DNA of 64,000 nucleotides, from assembly GCA_041601615.1 (NCBI GenBank), contig JBFIHX010000002.1:224001-288000 (forward strand), given 5' to 3'. The position numbers and the translations under genes are program-made. Within the stretch, counting starts at the first letter, position 1, and the number at the start of each line of letters is the position of its first letter. This document shows positions 33,991-44,336 of the stretch, piece after piece. This DNA comes from Thermoplasmatota archaeon (GTDB lineage: Archaea > Thermoplasmatota > E2 > JACPAO01 > JAHFTW01). Under the pieces are notes generated by a model that was not told where the DNA came from, did no database searches, and saw nothing but the letters and a program-made list of their open reading frames with translations.

Positions 33991-35001
33991 TTAGGAGCTC
34001 ACGGCGGCTTTCTGGAAGTGCTGGTTCATGGCGATCTCCGCGATGTCCACGGCGTACCCGCGCACTCGGTCTACGGAGTCGGCAATCAGGGTCAATGGGC
34101 CGACGACTTCGGGTTCCATGGATTGTACGAGGCTGCTAAATTCGCCGCGCCAGGCGCCTGCGGTTTTGCCGTCGTCGGTCGCTTTGCTGCCCTGTTCAAA
34201 GGCATCGCGTTTGAGGGCGTTGAAGGCGGCGTCCCAGATGCCCCGCACCACTTGGGCTTGGCTGAGAATGCTGGTGGCAACTTCGTCGGATACGGAGTCA
34301 AGCAGGAGGATGTTCTTGCAGATTTTGCTTGCGTGGTCGCCCATCCGTTCGAGGGCGCGGGCGGCTAGGAACAAGTTGAGGGCCTCGGCGGGCCGAATGT
34401 CGAGCCGGGCGGCGAGGCGGGGTTGCTCTAGCAGTGCGTGCATTTGTTTGCTGACGTGCCATTCGAGGCGGTCAAGTTCGTCGTCGCGGCTGATGACGTC
34501 GGTTGCGATGTCGATGGTGCCGTGTTCGAAGGATTGCATGGCGTCGTCGAACATGATCATCGCGATGCGGTGCATGCGGGTGACGGTTTTGCGAAGGTCC
34601 ATTTCGCTGACTCCTACGAGGTCTTGCAGGGTCAGGGAGTCGCCGGTTTCTTCGAGCACTTCTACGCCGACGAGGTCGCGGATGGTGGTTCGGACCGTGT
34701 TGCGAACCAAGGGTTCCAGTCGATGGCGGCTGCGCAGGTGGATTTCGTCGGCGCCTGCCAGGTATGCTCCTACGAGTCTTCGCACCAGGTCGCCTTCTTG
34801 CACGTCGTCGGGGAGGTCGATGACGATGCGGCGTTTGCGGGGTCGAGCTTCGCTGTGCGGGACAATCAGTAGGCTGCCGTCGGCTTCTTCGTGGATGGCG
34901 AGCGCCTCGCTGCGCTGGAGGCCGTTGCGATCAACCCATTTTTTGGGCAGGCTGATGACGTGGGTGCTGCCTCCGGTGATCTGGATTTTTCGCAATTCCA
35001 T
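33991..35001 (-). CDS. Archaeal phosphate uptake regulator (AbrB-like N-terminal domain plus PhoU domains)
   Basis: RKIQITGGSTHVISLPKKW, YLAG, DDELDRL, LERMGDH. Confidence 0.9.
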   Translation of the reverse strand: MELRKIQITGGSTHVISLPKKWVDRNGLQRSEALAIHEEADGSLLIVPHSEARPRKRRIVIDLPDDVQEGDLVRRLVGAYLAGADEIHLRSRHRLEPLVRNTVRTTIRDLVGVEVLEETGDSLTLQDLVGVSEMDLRKTVTRMHRIAMIMFDDAMQSFEHGTIDIATDVISRDDELDRLEWHVSKQMHALLEQPRLAARLDIRPAEALNLFLAARALERMGDHASKICKNILLLDSVSDEVATSILSQAQVVRGIWDAAFNALKRDAFEQGSKATDDGKTAGAWRGEFSSLVQSMEPEVVGPLTLIADSVDRVRGYAVDIAEIAMNQHFQKAAVSS

Positions 35002-35036
35002 GGTTGCCTCTACGCAATCCCATGGAAGGGTTGTTT

Positions 35037-35053
35037 CAATATAGACTATAGAG
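35037..35053. promoter_or_regulatory. Putative phosphate-regulon palindrome
   Basis: CAATATAG-A-CTATAGAG, 15/17 identical to the perfect palindrome at 41303; 36-52 bp upstream of the regulator ATG. Confidence 0.65.
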
Positions 35054-35099
35054 AAAGGGGTGGAGTCAAGCGCCACGAGCGGCGACGGGCGCGCCAGGT

Positions 35100-35441
35100 T
35101 CAACCATAACCGTGGAAGCTGGTGTCCAGACTCAATCCTAGTCCCGACGAATAGGCCACTTGCTCCAAGCGGCCCGCGAGGCGGTCCACTTGCTCCAAGA
35201 GCCGGTGCAATTCTCGGTCTGCCAAGCGGTAATGGCGGTGGCGACCGACACTTCGCACCCGAACCAGGCCCTGGTCGCGTAGCACCCGCAAATGGTGGCT
35301 CAAATTCGTTTGCTCTCGGCCCGTGGCAGCCACAAGGGCACCTACACTCTGTTCGCCGTCCCGAAGCGTCGTCAAGACCGCGTGTTTGGTCGGCTCCGAG
35401 ATGAGGCGCAAAAGGGCCGCAGCGTCCACATGAAGGAACAT
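35100..35441 (-). CDS. ArsR/SmtB family transcriptional regulator
   Basis: SVGALV...QTNLSHHLRVLRDQGLV...GRHRHYRL. Confidence 0.85.
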   Translation of the reverse strand: MFLHVDAAALLRLISEPTKHAVLTTLRDGEQSVGALVAATGREQTNLSHHLRVLRDQGLVRVRSVGRHRHYRLADRELHRLLEQVDRLAGRLEQVAYSSGLGLSLDTSFHGYG

Positions 35442-35486
35442 TCATGCTTGAGTTTGAAGGTTGGGTTGCCAGAACATACCGGCTCC

Positions 35487-36128
35487 GTGTCAGAAAACGA
35501 CCATCAAGTCCCCCGCCGTCGCCGCACCGTGTCCGACCCCTTCCACGAGCCCAAGGTGGGCATCCACAAGGTCTACACACGCGGCGGCGACAAGGGCGAA
35601 ACCAGCCTCGTCGGAGGCCAACGCGTGCCCAAAGACGACGGCCGCATCGACGCGTACGGCACCGTGGACGAACTCAACGCCATCGTCGGACTCGTATGCG
35701 TGGAATTGGACACGGCCGGCGTCATGCCCGAAGTCCAAGCATCGCTCCTGCGCGTACAGCACGCACTTTTCAACCTCGGCGGCGCCCTCGCAACCCAACT
35801 AGACGACAGGCGCCCCGACGCGCCCGCCATTCGCCCCGAAGACGTGGCCCGCCTGGAAACAGAAATGGACGAGGCCAACGAATCGCTACCGGCACTGACC
35901 TCCTTTGTGCTTCCCGGCGGCAGCCGCCTCAATGCCCTACTGCATCTGGCCCGCACGGTCTGCCGCCGCGCCGAACGCGCCGCGGTGTCCCTGCTTCGCG
36001 CCGGCGGATGCACCGAATTGGACGTCCAATACCTCAACAGGCTCTCGGACGCCTTCTTCGTTTGGTCTAGACAATCGGCGCACGCGCTCGGGCACGACGA
36101 AGTGCTCTGGGCGCCAAACAAAGCCTGA
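35487..36128 (+). CDS. ATP:cob(I)alamin adenosyltransferase, PduO type (start GTG 35487 or 35529)
   Basis: KVYTRGGDKGETSL, AYGTVDELN, FVLPGG, ARTVCRRAER, YLNRLSD. Confidence 0.92.
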   Translation: MSENDHQVPRRRRTVSDPFHEPKVGIHKVYTRGGDKGETSLVGGQRVPKDDGRIDAYGTVDELNAIVGLVCVELDTAGVMPEVQASLLRVQHALFNLGGALATQLDDRRPDAPAIRPEDVARLETEMDEANESLPALTSFVLPGGSRLNALLHLARTVCRRAERAAVSLLRAGGCTELDVQYLNRLSDAFFVWSRQSAHALGHDEVLWAPNKA

Positions 36129-36373
36129 AACCCGATTGGCCCAGACCCGTCGTTTCACTGTTCCCTCCTGGCGCTTCTTCCATGTGCCGGCCAAACTGAC
36201 GAGCTTCTCATGAGAAGTATGGAACACCGTGCGCGACCCCCAAGGCTCCCACGCCGTGCAGCACGCATGAACGGACTTAGCCCGTTTGCCCAAGACTGGA
36301 ACGATCGCCGCCGCCGACGCGCCGGACGCGCACGCCGCGCCCTGAGCGCCCGCAACCGCCCGAGGCTACTGGC

Positions 36374-36565
36374 ATGGATCTAGACCGCCAACGCCTCCTG
36401 CGGCACCTCCAAACTGGACGCCCCGTACGCATCGAACGACTCGTGCCCCTGGCATCCGACCCTGTCGCACTCGTGGGACTGGCCCAAGATCTTCGCTCAC
36501 TCCAAGAGGAAGGACTCATCCGCGCAACACCCTACGGCTGGCTCTGGTCCGGGCCCTCTCAATAG
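36374..36565 (+). CDS. Small hypothetical protein, possibly winged helix
   Basis: 63 aa with an LRSLQEEGLI...GW wing-like pattern. Confidence 0.4.
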   Translation: MDLDRQRLLRHLQTGRPVRIERLVPLASDPVALVGLAQDLRSLQEEGLIRATPYGWLWSGPSQ

Positions 36566-36574
36566 ACTCTAGCA
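36558..36574. promoter_or_regulatory. Degenerate phosphate-regulon palindrome upstream of pstS
   Basis: CTCAATAG-A-CTCTAGCA, 13/17 match to the 41303 site. Confidence 0.45.
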
Positions 36575-36627
36575 AAACCGAGGGCCAACCCTATGCCCTC
36601 GCCCGGGGCCTGTACAAGTGAGCCCCC

Positions 36628-37506
36628 ATGAACAAGCTCCTACTCCTAGCCATGACCGCTCTCGCTGGCGTCGCCCTCTCCGGCTGCACCGGCACCGAAA
36701 CGCTCTCCCAAGCCGGCAGCAGCACCGTCCTCCCCCTGGCCGAAGTTTGGGCCGAAGAATGGGGCACCGCCAACCGCGTCCAAATCAACGTAGCCGGCGG
36801 CGGCAGTGGCGCCGGAGCCAGCGGCCTCTGCGCTGGCGAACTAGACCTTGGCGACATGAGCCGCGCCATGAAAGACTCCGAAAAAGAGACCTGTCTGGCC
36901 AACGGCATCACGCCCGTCCAATGGAAAATCGCCTTCGACGGCATCAGCGTTGTTACCAGCAACAAGAACACCTTCCTAGCCGGGCTGAGCGTGGACCAAC
37001 TCGCCTCCATTTTCCAAGGCGACGCACGCAACTGGAACGAAGTCGACGCAAGCTTCCCCGACAAGCCCATCCACCTCTGCTACCCCGACAGCGACTCAGG
37101 CACCTACGAATACTTCAACGAGGAAATCCTTGGCAAAGGCGTCTCGCCGCGCACCGGCAACGGCGTCCAGCAAAGCCCCGACGACAACATCCTCGTCACG
37201 TGCCTCGACTCCGACGCCAACGCCATCGGCTACTTCGGCTACGCCTACTACCTCGAAAACAAAGGCAGCCTCAACCTCCTGTCCGTGGACGGCATCAAGC
37301 CCACCACCACAACCATCGCAGACGGCACCTACACGCCGCTTGGTCGCCCGATCTACATCTACACCAATGGCGTCCCCAAAGTAGGCACCCCCGTGTACGG
37401 GTACCTCGAATACGTCTTCGCAGAAGGCCAAAACCTCGTCGCCTCCGTCGGCTACGTGCCCCTCGACGCAGGCACACTCGGAGCCATGAAAGCGCAGCTG
37501 GGCTAG
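36628..37506 (+). CDS. pstS: Phosphate ABC transporter substrate-binding lipoprotein
   Basis: ALSGC lipobox, GSSTVLP, GGGSGAG, DSGTYEYF, IGYFGYAY. Confidence 0.93.
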   Translation: MNKLLLLAMTALAGVALSGCTGTETLSQAGSSTVLPLAEVWAEEWGTANRVQINVAGGGSGAGASGLCAGELDLGDMSRAMKDSEKETCLANGITPVQWKIAFDGISVVTSNKNTFLAGLSVDQLASIFQGDARNWNEVDASFPDKPIHLCYPDSDSGTYEYFNEEILGKGVSPRTGNGVQQSPDDNILVTCLDSDANAIGYFGYAYYLENKGSLNLLSVDGIKPTTTTIADGTYTPLGRPIYIYTNGVPKVGTPVYGYLEYVFAEGQNLVASVGYVPLDAGTLGAMKAQLG

Positions 37507-37655
37507 CCCACGCAACCCTGCCTCTTCCGCCTCTTCCAACCCTCCTTCCAGCCGTCTCACCCCCGCCTCCTTCCCACCCCTCCGCCCACTTCCCCCAATC
37601 TTCTCAATAGTCTCCGTACCCAAGTGCCAAACCACCGCCAAAGTGGGAGGACCAC

Positions 37656-38660
37656 GTGACTTTGACCGCCGACAACCACCCCGCCGCCGCCCGCACCAAA
37701 GGCGAATGGCAGGTCAGCCGGCGCGCCCGCATCAGCGACCGCACAGCACGAGCCCTCTTCCTCGCCGCCGGCCTCAGCGTCTTCTTGGTCCTCGGCTTCA
37801 TCCTCTACGTCCTCATCGGCAACAGCGCCTCCTTCTTTTCCGACATCTCCATCTTCGAATTCTTCGGAAGCACCCAATGGGAAACCGCCGGCACCGTCCA
37901 AATCAGCGAAGGCGGCAGCTCCGGCCACTTCGGGGTCTGGCCCCTCATCGCCGGCACCATGCTCGTCACCGTCGGCGCCGCCATCATCGGCGTCCCCGTA
38001 GGCCTAGCCACCGCGATCTACCTCGCCGAATACGCCCATCCCCGCGTGCGCGCCATCATCAAGCCCGTCCTTGAACTCCTAGCCGGCGTCCCTAGCATCG
38101 TCTTCGGCTTCTTCGCACTCTACGTCATCAGCCCCATCGTCCAACAACTCACCCAAGAAGGCAGAGTGCTCTACTACGTCTTCGGAAAGCAATCCGCCGG
38201 CATCTTCAGCGCCCTCAACGCCATCATCGTCGTCGGCATCATGGTGCTCCCCATCATCACCAGCCTCAGCGAAGACGCCCTCCGCGCCGTACCCAAACAC
38301 CTGCGCGAAGCCAGCATCGGCCTGGGAGCTACGCGCTGGGAAACCACCCGCCACATCACCGTCCCCGCCGCCCTCAGCGGCATCGTCGCCAGCTTCGTAC
38401 TGGGCATCGCCCGCGCCATCGGCGAATCCATGGCCGTCGCCATGGCAGCCGGAACCCAAGCCAACTGGACCTTCAACCCCATTCAAAGCATCCAGACCAT
38501 GACCGGCTTCATCGTCCAACGAACCGGCGGCGACACACCCCAACAAGGCCCCGTCTACACCAGCCTGTTTGCCGTCGGCCTCACCCTGTTTGCCATGACC
38601 CTCGCCCTCAACATCCTCGCCCGACGGTTCGTGCGCCGCTACCGGGAGGCCGAAGCATGA
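37656..38660 (+). CDS. pstC: Phosphate ABC transporter permease
   Basis: AIYLAEYA, ELLAGVPSIVFG, LGATRWET, ARAIGESMAV. Confidence 0.93.
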   Translation: MTLTADNHPAAARTKGEWQVSRRARISDRTARALFLAAGLSVFLVLGFILYVLIGNSASFFSDISIFEFFGSTQWETAGTVQISEGGSSGHFGVWPLIAGTMLVTVGAAIIGVPVGLATAIYLAEYAHPRVRAIIKPVLELLAGVPSIVFGFFALYVISPIVQQLTQEGRVLYYVFGKQSAGIFSALNAIIVVGIMVLPIITSLSEDALRAVPKHLREASIGLGATRWETTRHITVPAALSGIVASFVLGIARAIGESMAVAMAAGTQANWTFNPIQSIQTMTGFIVQRTGGDTPQQGPVYTSLFAVGLTLFAMTLALNILARRFVRRYREAEA

Positions 38661-39571
38661 CCCACGAAGCCAGCATGTTCGCCTCCGACCCGCACCTCGA
38701 AAAACGCAAACGCACCGAACGCCGCTGGCGCCGAGCCCTCCTAACCGCCGCCTTCCTCAGCCTCGGCAGCCTCGCCCTCCTCATCCTCCGCATGCTGCTC
38801 GACGGCGTGCCCCACATGAACCTCGACTTCTGGACCCAAAGCTACAGCCCCAGCGGCATTCGCAACCGCACCGCCGGCATCCTCGACGCACTCATCAGCA
38901 GCCTCCTGGTACTCGCCATGACCATGCTCATCGCCGTCCCCATCGGCACCGCCGCCGGCATCTACCTACACGAATACGCCGCCCGCAACCGCCGCACCGA
39001 ATGGATCCGCGCCACCGTCAGCAACCTCGCAGGCGTCCCCAGCGTCGTCTACGGACTACTAGGCCTCGCCATCTTCGTGCGCCTCTTTTCCGACGTATTC
39101 GGCCTCCCACGCCAAGGCACCTACCTCGCCGCAGCCCTCACACTCGCCGTCCTCATCCTCCCCATCCTCATCGTCGCCACCGAAGAAGCCCTCAAAACCG
39201 TCCCCGCCACCGTACGCCACGCCAGCCTCGCACTGGGAGCAACCAAGTGGCAAACCATCCGAGCCCACGTCCTCCCCTACGCACTGCCCGGCATCCTCAC
39301 CGGCCAAATCCTCGCCCTAAGCCGTGCCGCAGGCGAAACCGCACCACTTCTCATCATCGGCCTGCCCACCTACCAAGTATTCCAGAGCTACAACCCCATC
39401 GGCACCGGAACCCCCCTGCAAGTACGCGCCTACTACCTCGCAAGCGACGCCCGGCAACCCGCCATCGACCTCGCCGCCAGCGCCATCGTCGTCCTGCTGC
39501 TTGCCACCCTCACCCTCAACCTCATCGCCATCCTCCTTCGCGCCCGCCTCCAACAACGCATCCGCTGGTGA
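38657..39571 (+). CDS. pstA: Phosphate ABC transporter permease
   Basis: GIYLHEY, NLAGVPSVVYGL, ALGATKWQT, SRAAGETAPL. Confidence 0.93.
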   Translation: MTHEASMFASDPHLEKRKRTERRWRRALLTAAFLSLGSLALLILRMLLDGVPHMNLDFWTQSYSPSGIRNRTAGILDALISSLLVLAMTMLIAVPIGTAAGIYLHEYAARNRRTEWIRATVSNLAGVPSVVYGLLGLAIFVRLFSDVFGLPRQGTYLAAALTLAVLILPILIVATEEALKTVPATVRHASLALGATKWQTIRAHVLPYALPGILTGQILALSRAAGETAPLLIIGLPTYQVFQSYNPIGTGTPLQVRAYYLASDARQPAIDLAASAIVVLLLATLTLNLIAILLRARLQQRIRW

Positions 39572-39574
39572 ACC

Positions 39575-40543
39575 ATGCCCTACCCCGCCACAACCCTCAA
39601 CGCCGCCACCGCCGCCGCCACTGCCACCCCTGGCCCCGCAGCACCAAGCCCGCCCCCGGCCGCCCCCGGCGCCACGGACGGTCCAGCAGCCTCGGCTCAT
39701 CCCTCCGACTCCGCTCCCGTCCCGGCAACCCGCCGCCCCCGCACCGCCACCATACAATCCACCAAACCCGCCGCGCAGCGCCCCGAGGACATCGCCATCC
39801 ACATCCAAAGCCTCGACTTCTACTACGACCACGACACGCAAGCCCTCTGGGACATCACCCTCGACTGCCCCCGCAACCAAATCACCGCCCTCATCGGCCC
39901 CAGCGGCTGCGGAAAATCCACGCTCCTGCGCTGCCTGAACCGCATGAACGAACTCATCGAAGGCACCCGCCAAACCGGCAGCATCCACCTCGAAGGCACC
40001 GACCTCAACGGCCCCGACGTGGACCCCGTCGCCCTGCGCCGCCACGTCGGCATGGTGTTCCAGAAACCCAATCCATTCCCCAAAAGCATCCGAGAAAACG
40101 TCGCCTACGGCCTGCGACTGCACAAAAAACTCAGCAAAACAGACCTCGACGCCCGCGTCCAATGGGCCCTCGAAAAAGCACACCTCTGGGACGAAGTCAA
40201 AGACCGCCTCGACGCCCCCGCCACCGGTCTCAGTGGCGGCCAACAACAACGCCTCTGCATCGCCCGCGCACTCGCCGTGCAGCCCCGCGTCTTGCTCATG
40301 GATGAACCATGCAGTGCGCTGGACCCCGTGGCGACCCAGAAAATTGAGGACCTGATGTTGACGCTCAAAAAGGACGTGACCATTGTCATCGTCACCCACT
40401 CCATGAGCCAAGCCGCCCGCGTCAGCGACCGCACCGCCTTTCTGTACAAGGGCAAACTCATCGAAGACGGCCCCACGCGACAGATCTTCGAAGCGCCCCG
40501 TGAAAAATTGACGGAGCAGTATATCACGGGGAGGTTCGGTTAG
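39575..40543 (+). CDS. pstB: Phosphate ABC transporter ATPase with Ala/Pro-rich N-terminal extension
   Basis: [38 protein letters not shown]. Confidence 0.95.
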   Translation: MPYPATTLNAATAAATATPGPAAPSPPPAAPGATDGPAASAHPSDSAPVPATRRPRTATIQSTKPAAQRPEDIAIHIQSLDFYYDHDTQALWDITLDCPRNQITALIGPSGCGKSTLLRCLNRMNELIEGTRQTGSIHLEGTDLNGPDVDPVALRRHVGMVFQKPNPFPKSIRENVAYGLRLHKKLSKTDLDARVQWALEKAHLWDEVKDRLDAPATGLSGGQQQRLCIARALAVQPRVLLMDEPCSALDPVATQKIEDLMLTLKKDVTIVIVTHSMSQAARVSDRTAFLYKGKLIEDGPTRQIFEAPREKLTEQYITGRFG

Positions 40544-40629
40544 ATGGCGCGAGCAACGCGAGCGGCATCCGAACCTCGCGGTCTGCTGCGGGCCACTCGT
40601 GGCCAGCACGGTAGGGGGAGGTTTGCCTG

Positions 40630-41286
40630 ATGGCCCGCGAGGGATTCCAAGGACAAGTGCGGTCCATCGAAGACAAAGTATCCGCCATGGCCGACCTTGC
40701 TCGTGCGATGCTTCGCGACGGCCTGCAAAGCCTAGTTCTGCTCGACCGTGAGGCAGCAGCACTCGTTGCTGCCCGCACCCAGGAGCTTGCGCAACTGGAC
40801 GAAACCATCGAGACCGAGGTGTTGCGGTTCTTGGCCTTGCAAGCGCCCGTGGCCCGCGATCTTCGACGCATGGGTGCCGCGCTCAAACTCATCACCTACC
40901 TGAACCGCGTCGGTCGCTACGGCTACGACATCGCCCGCACCGCCGAAAAGTGGCCCGCAGACATGGCGCACGTCGTTCACCCGGTCAACCTGCGCGAAAT
41001 GGCCGAGAAAGTCGAAAAAATGCTCGACCTGGCGATGACAGCCTACCGAGCCGGCGCTGCGCCTGAAGTCGTGCAGCTCATGGCACTTGAAGACGACGTG
41101 GACGCATTGCGCTACTCAGTTTGGCGCGAATGCTTGACCTACATGGCCCAAGACTCGCGCAACATTGAGGCATCAGCGCACTACATGATGGTGGCTCGGT
41201 ACCTGGAGCGCTGCGGTGACAACGTCTGCAAGATGGCCGAAAAGCTGCATTATGCGGCCACAGGAGAGCGGCTGCTGTTGCCCTAA
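40630..41286 (+). CDS. phoU: Phosphate signalling protein PhoU
   Basis: QAPVARDLR, LNRVGRY, EDDVD, LERCGDNVCK. Confidence 0.9.
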   Translation: MAREGFQGQVRSIEDKVSAMADLARAMLRDGLQSLVLLDREAAALVAARTQELAQLDETIETEVLRFLALQAPVARDLRRMGAALKLITYLNRVGRYGYDIARTAEKWPADMAHVVHPVNLREMAEKVEKMLDLAMTAYRAGAAPEVVQLMALEDDVDALRYSVWRECLTYMAQDSRNIEASAHYMMVARYLERCGDNVCKMAEKLHYAATGERLLLP

Positions 41287-41302
41287 CATGGACCCCTATA
41301 TT

Positions 41303-41319
41303 CTCTATAGACTATAGAG
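41303..41319. promoter_or_regulatory. Perfect palindrome CTCTATAG-A-CTATAGAG upstream of pit
   Basis: 8-bp arms; 40-56 bp upstream of the pit ATG. Confidence 0.7.
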
Positions 41320-41358
41320 GTTGCAGTCGAATACCACTCCCGAGTCGAAGCGGACTGC

Positions 41359-42792
41359 ATGCTGGACTTTGGCATCGTCAGCTTACCCGTCATCATCGGG
41401 CTCGCCGCCCTCTTTGGCCTCTATATGGCCTGGACCATCGGCGCCAACGATGTAGCCAACGCCATGGGCACCAGCGTCGGCAGCGGCGCCTTGTCCCTGA
41501 AACATGCCATCATCGTCGCAGGCATCATGGAACTGGCCGGCGCAATCCTCGCAGGAGGCAGCGTCACCCAAACCGTCCGCAAAGGCATCCTCGACGCCGA
41601 ATCCACCTTCGTGCGCCCCATCACCAACAGCACCGCAAACCCCGGCATCATGGGCAACGGCACCGCCAACATGACCGCCGACCCCTCGATGCTGGCCGGC
41701 AGCGGCGGATTCGAATTCGCCCCCGAACTCTACATCTACGGCATGCTCGCGGCACTCCTCGGTACCGCCATCTGGCTCACCATAGCCACCTGGTGGGGCA
41801 TGCCCGTCAGCACCACCCACAGCATCGTCGGTGGCGTCATTGGCGCCGGCCTCTTTGCCTCCGCCAGCACCTTCGGCATCTCCCACGCCGGCGACGGAGT
41901 AGCCTGGGCCAAAGTCATCGAAATCGTACAATCCTGGCTCTTTGCGCCCCTGCTTGGCGCCGCCATCGCCTTCGCCATCTTCTGGCTCATCAAAGCCACC
42001 GTCTTCAACAGCAAAGACCCCCTCGCCGCCGTCACGCGCTGGCGCCCGCTCTTCATCTTCCTCGACGTGCTCATCATCGCCATGGCGACCCTGCTGAAGG
42101 GCCTCAAAAACGTCGACTGGTACAAGGACCTCGCATTCACAGAAGACCAGAAGTGGATCTACAGCTTCCTCATCGCCGGCGTCATCACGGCCATCGCCGA
42201 AATCATCATTCGCTACCGCAACCGAGGCCGCCCACACCCCACCGCCGGCAAAGTCGGCAGCGACCGCCACACCTACAAGGAAGTCGAACGCCGCTTCATC
42301 GCCCTCCAAATCGTCACCGCCGCCAGTGTCGCCTTCGCCCACGGCGCCAACGACGTCGCCAACGCCATCGGCCCCCTCGCCGGCATCGTCAGTGTTGCCC
42401 GCGAAGGCGCCTTCGTCGAGAAAGCCACCCTCGAATGGTGGATCCTTCCCCTCGGCGGCATCGGCATCGTCGTCGGCCTCTCCACCTGGGGCTACAAGGT
42501 CATGCAAACCATCGGCCAGAAAATCAGCGAAATCACCCCCAGCCGCGGATTCGCCGCCGAACTCGCAGCCGCCGCCACCATCATCCTCGCCACCATCCGA
42601 GAAATCCCCGTCTCCACCAGCCAAATTCTCGTCGGTAGTGTGCTTGGTGTCGGCCTCGCGCGCGGTGTCGCCGCCATCGACCTTCGCGTCATGCGCGACA
42701 TCGTCTTCAGCTGGCTTTTGACCCTCCCCGCCGCCGCCTTGCTGTCCGGATTCATCTACCTAGGGTTCAAGACGTTCCTCGGAGGTGCCTGA
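41359..42792 (+). CDS. Inorganic phosphate transporter, PiT family
   Basis: Two GANDVAN motifs, PVSTTHSIVG, PSRGF. Confidence 0.93.
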   Translation: MLDFGIVSLPVIIGLAALFGLYMAWTIGANDVANAMGTSVGSGALSLKHAIIVAGIMELAGAILAGGSVTQTVRKGILDAESTFVRPITNSTANPGIMGNGTANMTADPSMLAGSGGFEFAPELYIYGMLAALLGTAIWLTIATWWGMPVSTTHSIVGGVIGAGLFASASTFGISHAGDGVAWAKVIEIVQSWLFAPLLGAAIAFAIFWLIKATVFNSKDPLAAVTRWRPLFIFLDVLIIAMATLLKGLKNVDWYKDLAFTEDQKWIYSFLIAGVITAIAEIIIRYRNRGRPHPTAGKVGSDRHTYKEVERRFIALQIVTAASVAFAHGANDVANAIGPLAGIVSVAREGAFVEKATLEWWILPLGGIGIVVGLSTWGYKVMQTIGQKISEITPSRGFAAELAAAATIILATIREIPVSTSQILVGSVLGVGLARGVAAIDLRVMRDIVFSWLLTLPAAALLSGFIYLGFKTFLGGA

Positions 42793-42794
42793 TC

Positions 42795-43490
42795 ATGACG
42801 AAGCACTTCCGGGCCCCCATCTTCGACACCCTACGAAAAAAGAGTCCCTTTCTCGGCCTCAGCGAACACGCCGCCCAAGTCAAAGTCTGCCTGACGGCCC
42901 TGGAAGCCTGCACAGAAGCATTCCTGGAAGGCGATGAAGAAACGGTTGCAAAGCTTGCCAAAGAAGTCAGCGCCCACGAATTGGCCGCCGACGAAATCAA
43001 GAGCAACATCCGCAACCACTTGCCCAACAACGTCCGCATGCCCGTGGACAAGGTCCTGTTTTTGCAAGCCCTCAGTGACCAAGATGGCATCCTCGATGGC
43101 GCCGAAGACGCAGCCATATGGATGAGCATGCGCACCCACAAAGTGCCCCAAGAAGTCGCCGAAGGCCTGCGCGCATTGCTTGCCAAAGTCATCGAGACCG
43201 TCCACGCCTACGAAGACGCCGTCACCAACCTCGACGACCTCGTCGAAACCGGCTTCATCAAGCGCGAACGCGAAGAAGAAAAGGAACTCATCCACCGCAT
43301 CCACGAGCTCGAACACGACACCGACGTGCTCTCCCGCAGCCTCTCTGCGCACTTGCTAAAACCCAAGGCCGAGAAAGACCTCGGCCCCGTCGCCGTCTAC
43401 CACTTGCTCAAGCTCACACTGCAAATCTCGAAGATTGCAGACAAGGCGGAAAACGCTGGGGACCGGCTAAGGGCGATGTTGAGCCGCTAA
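42795..43490 (+). CDS. DUF47/TIGR00153 PhoU-like Pit accessory protein
   Basis: SPF..L.EH, ELAADEIK, QDGILD, LEHDTD, IADKAENAGDRL. Confidence 0.88.
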   Translation: MTKHFRAPIFDTLRKKSPFLGLSEHAAQVKVCLTALEACTEAFLEGDEETVAKLAKEVSAHELAADEIKSNIRNHLPNNVRMPVDKVLFLQALSDQDGILDGAEDAAIWMSMRTHKVPQEVAEGLRALLAKVIETVHAYEDAVTNLDDLVETGFIKREREEEKELIHRIHELEHDTDVLSRSLSAHLLKPKAEKDLGPVAVYHLLKLTLQISKIADKAENAGDRLRAMLSR

Positions 43491-43640
43491 GGCGGAGCAA
43501 AACGAGGTCTTCGCAGCTTTTGCCGCGGTGCCGTGTGGGGTGTCGTGCGTTGCGTCGGTAGGCAAACTCAGCCAGTGGCAGCGCCATCTTGCTCTCCACA
43601 GATGCCGGAGTCGCCCGTGGGAACTTTCGCCTTAGAGGAT

Positions 43641-43985
43641 TCAGGAGAGAATCACGGGCCGATTGGTCGCGCTCAAGTGTTTCGTCTTCCCAAAGGGCCG
43701 AGCTTGCACGAGGCCCACATCAATCAGCGGCTTCAGGTCCCGCCCGACTCGGGTCGGGTCGCGCTTGAGGCAAGCTGCAAGTGCCGCGATGCTTTCGTAT
43801 TCCCCGTGGGCGCGTAACTCATCCAAGAGCTGGCGGCGGGCTTCCGTAAAGAGCTGGCCCGCAAGATCCGAGGTCATCGGGATTGCGATGAAGTCGTCCG
43901 GGAACTGGTCGAACTCCTCGACGACGTGTTCGGAGAAGCTGAAGGCGGCGTCGATGAGGTCTTCGTGGGTTTTGTTCGGATCCAT
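43641..43985 (-). CDS. HVO_A0114-like wHTH DNA-binding protein (putative antitoxin)
   Basis: LFTEARRQLL...SIAALA..LKRD...V.RDL..L...GLV. Confidence 0.7.
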   Translation of the reverse strand: MDPNKTHEDLIDAAFSFSEHVVEEFDQFPDDFIAIPMTSDLAGQLFTEARRQLLDELRAHGEYESIAALAACLKRDPTRVGRDLKPLIDVGLVQARPFGKTKHLSATNRPVILS

Positions 43986-43989
43986 GGAT

Positions 43990-44310
43990 TCACTTCATCC
44001 GGTTGCGGTAGGTCTTCCAGTTCTTTTTCAGGTCGGATGCGGCGAGGGCAAACGCTTCTCGGTAGGACGGGAAGGGGGCAGTTGGGTCTTCTAGGTCCTG
44101 GGTCTGTTGGCGAAGCGGTTTCCAGAACCGATGAACGTGCAGAAATCCGTGGCAGGTGTCATACCGGCAGATTTCGACGGGCATGCCGTCGATTTCAGCG
44201 CAGTAGTTGATGCTAAAGAACTCCACTTCGCTGCCATTCTTGCGGACCTCCCAGTCAATGAATGTGTGAAGCCCTTCTAGGAGCGTGCGCCACTTCTTGA
44301 CTTGGGGCAT
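43990..44310 (-). CDS. TumE/DUF6516-like putative toxin
   Basis: EICRYDTCHGFLHVHRF motif (RYDxxHxxxHxH), directly upstream of the wHTH gene. Confidence 0.65.
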   Translation of the reverse strand: MPQVKKWRTLLEGLHTFIDWEVRKNGSEVEFFSINYCAEIDGMPVEICRYDTCHGFLHVHRFWKPLRQQTQDLEDPTAPFPSYREAFALAASDLKKNWKTYRNRMK

Positions 44311-44322
44311 TCAATACATATG

Positions 44323-44336
44323 ATGTCATATGACAT
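44323..44336. promoter_or_regulatory. Perfect 14-bp palindrome ATGTCATATGACAT, putative TA operator
   Basis: 13-26 bp upstream of the toxin-like ATG, within further CATATGA/TGTCAT repeats. Confidence 0.6.

Noticed and set aside
43487-43637. Possible MITE bounded by CTAAGGCG/CGCCTTAG
   Set aside because: Only an 8-bp inverted repeat, no second copy in the window and no clear target-site duplication.
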